A stretch of DNA of 64,000 nucleotides. Source: Lama guanicoe. Lineage: Eukaryota. The first letter of the stretch is position 1; each line of letters opens with the position of its first letter. The position numbers were made by a program, and so were the translations under genes. The DNA lies in NCBI GenBank assembly GCA_013239625.1, contig MU054026.1, forward strand, positions 992,001 through 1,056,000, in the 5' to 3' direction. The notes beneath the pieces were generated by a model. The model worked only from the letters and a program-made list of their open reading frames with translations. It had not been told where the DNA came from and searched no databases. Below are positions 41,390 through 51,554 of the stretch, piece after piece.

Positions 41390-41760
41390 AAGAATTAATG
41401 ATTGAAAGGATGTGAAAATGTAGTGACCAAGAAGTAGCAGCTGGGCCAGGAGAACTGATGACAATTTAAACAGCAAATAAGCCATATGTCAGTCACAGAA
41501 TCTTTAGTTTCTCTCTGAAATAGATGACAGTATCTGATGCACATTCCTGAGTTGTTTTACAGACGCTAAAACCCCACCAAGCAGAAGTGGACTACCTGAT
41601 GATCATGAGCATGTCGCCCCCCAGACCAACCAGGACCTGAGGACCGATAATATTAACACCTGTGACATTGCCCTGCTACCTCACCATCAAACAACACCTC
41701 ACACCAAACCATCAGACCATTGATTACACACCCGTGACTTCTATCCCTCAACTTTCCTTT

Positions 41761-41920
41761 ATTTACTTTTTTAAAATATTTTATTTATTATATTACTTAA
41801 TTAATTTTTTATTTTGGGGGGAGGTAACTAGTTCTTATTTATTTTTAGAGATACCAGGGATTGAACCCCGGATCTCATGCATGCTAAGCATGTGCTCTAC
41901 CAATTGAGCTATACCCTCCC
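41761..41920 (-). mobile_element. tRNA-Ala-derived SINE (camelid vic-1-like)
   Basis: Minus strand reads GGGAGGGTATAGCTCAATTGGTAGAGCACATGCTTAGCATGCATGAGATCCGGGGTTCAATCCC (A and B boxes, AGC anticodon), with an A-rich tail. TSD CCCTCAACTTTCCTTT (41745-41760, 41921-41936). Confidence 0.9.
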
Positions 41921-42576
41921 CCCTCAACTTTCCTTTTAAAGAAGCTTTCCCAAAACCCATCAGGAAGTTGGGGTTCTTTGAAAATTTGCTACTTTAGACT
42001 CCTTGTCTGGAACCTTAACAATAAAGGCTGTAATTTCCTTCACCAGAACACGGTGTTGATAGACTGGGTTTACTGTGTGCCAGTTTGGTTCAGTAACGTT
42101 TATATTAGTACTACTGAAGCACAAAATGATCATCATGATTGGAAGTGGGCTTCAAGAATAAGAAAAACAAGACAAATCTTCTGCAATACAGAACTCCTTA
42201 TATCATACAGTGAATCATGGGACACTTATCCATCATCTCATATAAACCTAAGCAGTGTAATGTCTAAGAGTTACCATCTCTAACCGAATCCAGCACAATG
42301 TGCTGGAAAGTCTGAGGAGGCTGGAAACATACCACCCCCTTGGCTCAACCAATAATGATCCAACTGACTTGTGGTAAGTCATTTAACATTCTTGTACCTC
42401 AGTTTTCTCATCTGTGTAATTAGGAGAGCATCAGATACATTCCAAGTTTCCTTTTAACGGTCATAATTCATAATTCTCATGCTAAGTATTTTAAAACTGA
42501 GATCCAAAATACACTTCCATCCCATTTTGAAAATATTCCAGAGAGCAAAATGTTTAAGGAAAAAACACCCTGTATT

Positions 42577-42602
42577 TGTGTGTGTGTGTGTGTGTATGTG
42601 TG
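42577..42602. repeat. (GT)n microsatellite
   Basis: Seen directly. Confidence 0.9.
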
Positions 42603-44693
42603 CATGAATAGACATAAAAGATAAAGATGTTAATGAATCCATTTTTTGAGCTGCATAGGGACATTTAGGAAAGAAAGATATCTGGGAATGATAATTCTTT
42701 GAAATCCCCCCTCCTCCTTTGTACCTCTTTATGTTTAATTTGCTATCTGAATAATCAGTTAGCATCTGGCCAGAAATTTAAAATGCCACCAGTTTTGAAT
42801 CATTTTACCCTGGGGCAAGACTATCACTCAGTTTCATCATTACCCACGTAATCTAAATTGCTTGAACATGTTTATGCACAGTTAATGGATTGTATTGTTA
42901 ATAGTAGGGTTGATCTGGACACAAATCTGGTGGCAGACCGTATCTGATGATGAATGTGTTACTAGCCTTTACACATGAATTATTTTAACAAGTCAAGCAG
43001 AGTCACTGGAAAAGCTATTCCTGGAAGACAGAGTGATTTCAAAAGCTTGGGGCAAATTATTGAGAATGGATGAATGGAAAGGGAAAGATTTAGTAGGAGG
43101 AGTGTGTATAAGACTCAAATTTTATGTTTAACAACTCAGAGTTGTTTCTTTGACAGAAAGCTCTGGCCCCTATCTATTCTTTCATTGTGGAGGCAAGTCC
43201 CACTTTGTCCAGGAGATTTTCTTGAGTCCCTGTTCCCAGACCCAATAATCTCATTTGCCTCTGAAATTACCATCCTGAAGGCACATTAGGCATCCTCTCT
43301 TCATTTTGTCCCATCACCATTATAGGCATTATTTCCTCAACTATTCTATCATTCTCAGAAGAGCCAGATGTCATATACTTTTATAGTTGTTACATTGTCT
43401 CCTATAGTAATGTACATATAAGAGGTGCTCGTAAATGAAAAAATGAAGAAAATAAATAAATTCATGAGTTTGTTAACTAAGTGGGAGTGCCAGTAACCAA
43501 TCCAGAATTTTCTCTATTTTGTTCAAATGACTCCACTCTTCATTCAGATGATGCCAAGAATCCAGCCAAATGAGACTATTTCTCAGATATCCCTGACCAC
43601 TTTAAGTGGCCATTCTCTTTTCCACCCCTGCATAACCATTTGATATTTTACATTTGTGATGTGCTTACAATTGATAATTTACTTTCTACAGAGCATTTTA
43701 TTTAACCTTGATAATAAGCTAGGAGTGAATTTTAAATTCTTAAATTTGCCGATGGATTGTATTGAAATCTGAGTTATTGCAGAATAGGATATTGGGAGAT
43801 AACATGTTTTAAAAACAAACCAAAAAAAGCTACAACAACAATAATAAAACAAAAACAAAAGGTGAGATTCTTCAGAATTACGCTCAGTAGTGCCTGCCAC
43901 ATTGTATTTCTAGAACCAGTAAGAGACACAGGCAGATTTTGTTTGTTTTTTAACATTTGCACTCTTGAAACACAGGTAAGGATCTCAAAGCAGGGGACTT
44001 CTATTGGTAAACTGTGCTGTGTGAGGTGGCTGCAGAGATGGGGTGGACTGCAGGGTATGTGAGATCCCATGTGTGCCCACAAAGATCTAGGGCTGCACAC
44101 CTGATCCCAGTTAGAAGTACACCACAGGGACATAACAGTGCTGGTCACAGTCTACTCTCACTTTCAACTCCCCATCATGAAATTGTAACCTCTAAATTCA
44201 GTAATTAAGTCCCAAATGACTATTCAAATATAAAGAATACTTTAAGATAGTAAAATGATAGCAAATTATACTATAACTCTCTTGTATTTATGGTTTAATA
44301 CATCCAGATGAATTAGTTAACCAGGCTCCGAGCTGTTGCTTTAAAATCCATATACGTGGCTCTAAAACTTAGGAAAGATTAGTTTTGATAGAAATCAGAG
44401 GTAGTAAGAAAGATCATTATTAATTCAGAATATAAAAGAACACACTTAAAAATCTTAGTAAACTGGGGGACATAATAATATACCAGTAAGGACCTGAGCA
44501 GTTGAATTTTTATGGCTTGAATATGGAGTTTGAGGTAGATTGGGTAGGCGACTCTCACCTCATGGGATGCAGATTGTGAGGCTCCGTCCTCACTTCCACT
44601 ATGTATATGTTGCTCAGAGATGATGTTGAGAGACAGAAGGTAGAATCAAAGCTAAATGACAATAGAAGTCTATTTCCAAATGCTCTCCTTTTT

Positions 44694-45201
44694 TTTTAAC
44701 TAATAGACTTTATTTTTTAGAGCTGTTTCAGATTCACAGCAGAACTGAGCAGAAAATACAGAGAGTTTGCACATACCTCCCCACCCACATGTATATACTC
44801 CCCTACCTTCAACATCCCTCATCAGTGTGGCATATTTGGTACAATCAGTGAACGAACATGGGCACATTATTATCAACCAAAGTCCATAGTTTACATTAGG
44901 GTTCACTCTTAATGTTGTACATTTTATGGGTTTTGACAAATGCATAATGGCATGTAGCCACCACTACAGTATCATACAGAATAATTTCATTGCCCTAGAA
45001 ATTCCCTGTGCTCCATCTATTCATTCTTCCCTCCCTCCCTCTCTCCAAACCCCTGGAGACTGCAGTCTTTTTATTGTTTCTGTTTCCATGAAAGACATAG
45101 AAGAAACTTAAAAGACATATTACTAAATGAAAGAAGCCAGTCTGAAAAGGTTACAAACTATATGATTCCAACCAAAAGACACTCTGGAAAAGGCATAGCT
45201 A
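44694..45201 (-). mobile_element. old LINE-1 (L1MC/L1MB-type) 3' end with 5' inversion
   Basis: Antisense 3'UTR 44694-~45086, then the sense segment GAAAGAAGCCAGTCTGAAAAGG... 17-bp TSD CAAATRCTCTCCTTTTT (44677-44693, 45202-45218). Confidence 0.85.
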
Positions 45202-45953
45202 CAAATACTCTCCTTTTTAAAGATTTGCCCTATTTTATGATCACATGCCCTCTAAAACTCTCTCATCTCTGCCTGTATATCTTGTAATTGACAAGCCTCT
45301 GTAAAATGAAGTGAATTCAATTTAATTCTCTTTTGAGATTTTCTTCTAAGCATTCTATAATGATGAATTCGTGATACCTTTCTTATATATATGCTTAAAT
45401 TTGCTGTTTATACCTTTACTATTGATATATTAATGATTAAAAATAAATCTATCCAGTAAGCTTTTTGGAGTGTTCAATGCATTGCTGTAGAATTATCACA
45501 ATTGAGACTGCTTTGCTGCATGTGGCAAGCTAAGCTACATGTATTTTCATAAACCTTGATCATGCACAAGTTAGAATACAAGTCACTGGCATAAATTCAG
45601 GCTATGTTGAAACATAACAACCAAATCCATTATTTGGAATAAACTGAAAAGTCTCTGTTCTCTGAATTTCTATTGCTTCATCCAGAGCATTTATCTTCTA
45701 ACATTTGCATGTTAAAAATATAAAACCCAAAGGAAACAGAATCTTATACTTGAATAGGTTGACCGTATTGTGGGATCTTTATTTTTTTCCACCTATATAA
45801 CTATATTTTGGAGTTCTTACCTCAGATTTTAAGCTACTGTTATAATTTTAATTCTTCTTCTGCAGCAGGACATCTGAGAAGCTGAGGTTTGTATCTTAGA
45901 TCTGCAGTTCCTATTAAAGGATATTAAAGTGCTCTCTATATGCTTAATAGTTT

Positions 45954-46499
45954 TGTTATCCCAAAAGGGGACAGCCTTGGTTCTTGTCTCACTCAAAAGA
46001 GAAGAATTCAGACAGAAGACGGAAGTGTTGAGTAGTCAAGATTTTAAAGATTTTATTAGTAAAGGGAAGGTACACCTCCAAGAGAAGATGGCAGGCTGCT
46101 CCAACAGAGGATAGCAGCCCCAGTCTTTGTTTGTCCCTTCTGTCTTATACCCTCACTTAGAGGTGATATCTTGATTGATTGATAGCTCTGCCCCTGGAAC
46201 TCTTAGTCATGTCTGTCCCCCTTAGCACATGTTCTTACTCACGATGTGCACAGAAAAGCCCACTAGGGCCTTAGGTCACAATGCTAATTATATCACATTG
46301 AGCATTGGGTCATGTTGGGTTAGGTCCTTGTCACTATCATGCAGTCACACCATCTAGTCCCAACCGGTCTCTTGCTGGCACTCAGTTAGAGGAAGTAATG
46401 CCCCTTATGCTAACAGTGGACATATCACCATCTTCCAGACCATCCTCCCTCTCCTCCACCTTATCTGCCCAGTGCCTCCACTTATCTAATTCCCTAACA
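45954..46499 (-). mobile_element. ERV1-type solo LTR
   Basis: TGTTATCC...CCCTAACA with perfect TSD GTTT/GTTT. TTTATT at ~46052. Confidence 0.85.
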
Positions 46500-47024
46500 G
46501 TTTTAACTGAGTGCATAGATTTTCAAGCTATTTTTGGCTATACAGAAGTGCAATTTCAATGGTTCTTCCTAAATCTTTAAGCTATGTGTTTAAAAATAGG
46601 TTGCTTTAAATGGTTAGAGAGAAACTCTAGGTTTACATACTGATCAACAGATTAAACTTGCTGGATGGAAAAGAATGTAATTTTCATTATGGAAAGTCTG
46701 TTGAAACTGAACTCAAGGGAAACAACCTATTTTTTTCTCTACCTCCTCTCATTATTTCACATGACTGACAGTTCATTGCATTGCTTGATCCTTTAATCAT
46801 AAAAGCATCATAAAAATTAGCAATTTGTGATATAAACTTTGTTTTATAAATTATTCTTTACAGTTTTGCTTTATGTTCACACTTAGGGTGTGAACTTCTT
46901 GGGGTCAAGAGCTACATCTTATGATACTTCAGTTTTCACATTCTATAGCCCCAAGCTTAGAACAAAGTGGTTCTACTACTTTTACCTTTATTGTTTATTA
47001 TTTAATAAGGATTCCAATTCTCCA

Positions 47025-47110
47025 ACCAATAAGTCAGAGTAAGATGATGTAATTTTGGCTTGATTTGGCACCAATAAGTCAGAGTAAGACGATATAAATT
47101 TGGCTTGATT
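47025..47110 (+). repeat. 41-bp near-tandem duplication
   Basis: 47025-47065 and 47070-47110, 3 mismatches, TGGC spacer. Confidence 0.9.
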
Positions 47111-48715
47111 CATCTATGCATTGTTCATACTATATCTCTGTAGCTCCTTGGCTAAGATGTTTAATATAGTGAGCATGTAATGAGTTACTGGTAAGTAAAA
47201 GATCTGAGAGATGAAATTCTGCCCCACATCCCCAATAAGCACAGGGCTAGAGTCTTCTTATGTGGGGTTGTTTTTGAGTGCCTACACTTCCCTTAATAGT
47301 ATCTGTGATTTCAAATTGGACTTTGGAACTGAAATAAATATAATTACCTTCCCTATCTTACTGGAATTGGGCATATTTTCCCATCCACATGTTAAGCAGT
47401 AATGGGACCAGGCAAATAATTTAACAATTCTGAGGACAAACAATATAACTAAGCTCCAGAAAATATTTGACCTTAGTAGGTAAGACTGTGACCTAACTAA
47501 AATAGTGCCATATGGAAATCAATATTTTTATTAAGACTTTCACCTTTCTGTATTCATCAATCCAAAGCCAGTATCTCATAAATTCTAAATATTCCCACCA
47601 TTTACCCTTCTTAAAACCACACATCTTGGACCAAAATCTTCTTAAATATCCTCCTCTGACCTCTCCCTTTCAAGACACCGCTAAGAGGCCATCAAGGTGG
47701 TATTCTGCAATATTTCAATAATCTAAAACACCTACACCTATCTTATTAACAAGTTTTTATTATGACCTTTTTGGAAAGTCAACAGCCAACAATCTTCTAG
47801 GCCAGTTAGAAATCAATCAGCAGAATTATATATAACTGTTTCCACTTCTGAAAACCAGCAAAATGTTTTGCACAGCCAAGACACGTCTATATCAAATGTT
47901 ATTTTACAAAATTTGAAATTTCTTCAGATAACAAGGCCTGCTGGGAGCTTGCTTTGGTTTTACATTAGATTATTAGATAGAAACTTTTCTTCATCAGAGA
48001 AATACCCTGAACCTTTCCAACAGTTTTATTTAAGCATTACCATCTTGAAATTTATATAGAGATTAAGAGGTAAATTTTTATTCCAGAAGCACTTGGAAAG
48101 GGCAGAATAGTCACTTAAGATATACAATTATAAGATAGGTTAACCATCTTCTACTCACTGCTATAACTCACCAAATGTACCACACAATAAAATTCTGTGA
48201 TAACTCACTTTTCCTGACACAGCCTCTAATGAGAACAGAAAATGAAATAAATAATATATTCACTTGACCCAACATGTAAGTAGAAAGGGGGAAATGCCAC
48301 AGAATGACACCTTCTAAAAGTCACCATTCAGCTGTAGTCTCATGATTCTCCTTAGATTACTTAGCAATATATCTTTTATAAATCTTACCTCTTTCCATTT
48401 TAAAAAGTTCACAAAGTCTAGTCAGCATTGTAGGTAACAGGTATTGAGTTTAATCTGGAAGAACGTATTGAATCCTGTACTTTCTATAGTCTATAGCATA
48501 CAGTTCTCTAGCTTCTTTCTGACATTATATAGAAGACAATAAAAAGAGGAAGATAGCAAATGTTTGATATATACCGAATTATATACAGGTCATTATTTCA
48601 GTTGAATCATAAAATAGTGACATGTTAGTATTCTATTTTAAGATCCAGTTTGTCTCTTCTGTGTTTATTAAGTGTGATACCAGCAGGAACACTGAGCAAG
48701 AAGTAACAAGTGTGC

Positions 48716-49216
48716 TGTGAATGAAAAATATTGCCAGCCATATCAGTAAACAAAGGATGCTGTGGCCATCAAGTCATCAGCCGCTACCAGCACCCCCGAC
48801 AGTGAGTGGAGGGAACTCAGGATGGGAACAAGCAGGCAGCCTGGTTTCTGCTGCCACCCCTAGTAGTATGCTCTAAGGGAACTCAGAATGTGAAAGAAAT
48901 GGATACTGGCCTTGGATAGCGAGGTGCATATCAAAGGAATGACTTCAATGAGCCCAGGCTTTGACTTTCCCATACACAGAAAGGTGCTAAATTCTTTAAC
49001 TTGAGATATCTACTTTTCTTTAATTCACAGTAATCTTTTGATGTTCCAACTATCTGGTCTTTATTGCAAAACTCCTATATATCCTGGCTCCTTCCCACCC
49101 CCTTTGGAACTCTCTTTGAGCAATCTGAGAGGCTGCCTCCTGGGTTCCAGTCCTTATAAAGTCCTCTGATTAAAAATAACTCTCAACTTTAGGTTGTGTA
49201 TTTTTTTCAGTTGACA
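48716..49216 (+). mobile_element. ERV1 solo LTR
   Basis: TGTGAATG...CAGTTGACA with perfect TSD GTGC/GTGC. ATTAAA at ~49169. Confidence 0.9.
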
Positions 49217-49321
49217 GTGCTGTAACCAGATTTTTCTTTGACTTATGTATTACTAAAAGTAAGTCACTTGAAATCACTAAATTTCAGTTTCCCTTCTGAA
49301 TGTGAGGAATCAGACTGAAAA

Positions 49322-49523
49322 AGTGATTTCCAATTGTTGGGAGAGAGAAATTATTGCCTGCTCCCCACAGACATTTTTATTATTATAACGACAAGGGTGG
49401 GGGAGCTTTTAGTGTCTAGTGTGGAAAGGCAAGGGAGGCTGCTAAACATCTTAGAGGGGACCAACCACACCAAAAATAATTATTGAACTCAAAATGTCAA
49501 TAGTTTCACAGTTGAGAATTCTG
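49322..49523. mobile_element. MER20 remnant
   Basis: GCTGCTAAACATC...AAATGTCAATAGT...GTTGAGAA, homologous to 13911-14140. Confidence 0.65.
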
Positions 49524-49789
49524 GAACAAATTATTACAAAGATTTCTTCAAATTCTGAACCCCTTGCTCTAAATTCCTTTTCCACAAGATTCTTTTCAAC
49601 TAATTTTTATATCAGAGCTACACATTTGTGAACAAGAGCACTGAATTATTTGTTCTGAGATCCATTTGTATTATCTTTTACTCTAATGTTATCCCTCGTT
49701 ACTCTAGCATTGTTTTTTTCTGACCTAGTCTAACAGATCATTAGCCCAAGATGTTACAGTTGAATATTATTAGAATAGTGCAATGAAAT

Positions 49790-50390
49790 GTCCATGCCCC
49801 AGAATGTTTTTGCACTTACTAATCTGGATGGGGTTGGATGGGGTTCTTACTTTTGCAACTGAGACAAATGGGAGATACTTTGATTAGGAGCAGGTTATAG
49901 GCCAAAGAAAGATTTATGGAGAGAATTGCATGGTATCTGATAATACTCACAGTCTTTGTACTGGAAAAGATCACAAAGCTAGAAAAGTAAGAACAAAAGC
50001 TAATATAATAACATTCATTACAAGACTTCACAATTTTAGGCTCAAGCAGGACTTCTTTTGGCATCCAGGTAATAAAATGAGACACAGAGGGAGAGGTCCA
50101 TTACTCTGCCCCTGTATGAGCACGTATGCTACTGTGGAACCTAAGAGTTCTCGGGGGTATAGGCATTGAAGCAGGGGAGAGAGAGATGGGAATGGGGCAA
50201 ATTAAAATACCGCGAAGCTTGCTGTGCTTCCTGACGGGCATTTTTCTTTAATAAATACTCAAGATTGTTGTAAGCATATGATTAATTTTCTGAGTTTTGA
50301 AAAAATTGATTTGGACTTTTTTTTTATCAGTGTTCTCATTACTTTTATGGGGGAGCAGATTTTTTGAAGTCTTTTGTTCACCTTTTCAAA
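49790..50390 (-). mobile_element. probable ancient L1 5' region
   Basis: CAGTGTTCTCATTACTTTTATGGGGGAGCAGATTTTT resembles the reversed 5' end of old L1M elements. Confidence 0.4.
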
Positions 50391-50414
50391 AGTGCTTCTA
50401 TTCTCCTGTTACAA

Positions 50415-51530
50415 TTTAGGGTTTTCTATATAACTTATAAGCTTTTGAAAAGCAAAGGAAACTATAAAAATAAGGCACTGTATGGAATAAGAGAAAATAT
50501 TTGCAAATGATGCAATTGACAAGGGCTTAATTTCCAGGACATATGAATAGCTCATAGAACTTAATAACAAAAACAAAAAACTAAAAACAAAAATCCAAAA
50601 ATTGGCAGAAGACCTAACAAGCAATTCTCCAGTGGCGACATACAAATACCCAATAGACACATGAAAAATACTCAAATTGCTAATTACAAGAGAAATACAA
50701 ATCAAAACTACAATGAGGTATTATCTCACACATATCAGAATGGCTATCATTAAAATTCATAAACCATAAATGCTGGAGAGTGTATGGAGAAAGGGAACCC
50801 TCCTACACTGTTGGTGAGAATGTAGTTTGGTGCAACCATTATGGAAAGGAGTATGGAGATTCTTTAAAAAACTAAAAAATGGACTTATCATATGATCCAG
50901 CAATTCCACTCTTAGGCATATATCAGGAGGAACTCAAATTCAAAAAGATAACATGCACCCCAATGTTCATAGCAGCAATATTTACAATAAGCAAGACATG
51001 GAAACAACCTAAATATCCCTTTACAGATGACTGACTGGATAAAGAAGTTGTGGTATATTTATACAGTGGAACACTACTCAGCCATAAAAACGAAATAATG
51101 CCATTTGCAGCAAGATAGATTGACATGGAGATCATCATTCTAAGTGAAGTAAGCCACTTATATCTGGAATTAAAAAAAAGACACAGATGAACTCACTTAC
51201 AAAATAGAAACAGACTCTCAGACATAGAAGACAAATTTAGGATTACCACTGGGGAAAAGAGATGGAAAGGGATAAATTGGGAGTTCAAGATTTGCAGACA
51301 CTACTATACATAAAATAGATAAACAACAAGTTTCTACTATATATTAAAGGGAATTATATTCAATATCTTGTAGTAACTTTAATGAAAAAGAATATGAAAA
51401 GGAATATATGTATATATTTGGATGGCTGAAACATTATGCTGTGCACCAGAAATCAATGCAATGTTGTAAACTGACTAGACTTCAATAAAATAAATAAATA
51501 AACAAAAATAATATAAATTAAAAAAATAAA
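50415..51530 (+). mobile_element. 5'-truncated LINE-1 (ORF2 C-terminus, 3'UTR, A tail)
   Basis: GAGAAAATATTTGCAAATGAT, GGAACCCTCCTACACTGTTGGTG, 3'UTR homologous to other copies, AATAAA and A-rich tail. Confidence 0.93.
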
Positions 51531-51554
51531 CTTACCACAAAATAAAGGTTTATT

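Larger units (their letters stand above)
40895..42098 (+). mobile_element. ERV1 solo LTR carrying nested L1 and SINE
   Basis: TGTGACTG...TTCAGTAACG with TSD TTTA/TTTA. AATAAA at ~42020. Confidence 0.85.

Noticed and set aside
41845..41922. tRNA-Ala(AGC) gene
   Set aside because: The acceptor and T stems are mismatched, and an A-rich tail and TSD show that it is a SINE.
47025..47110. CRISPR-like repeat
   Set aside because: Only two copies with a 4-nt spacer, in a mammalian context with no cas genes.
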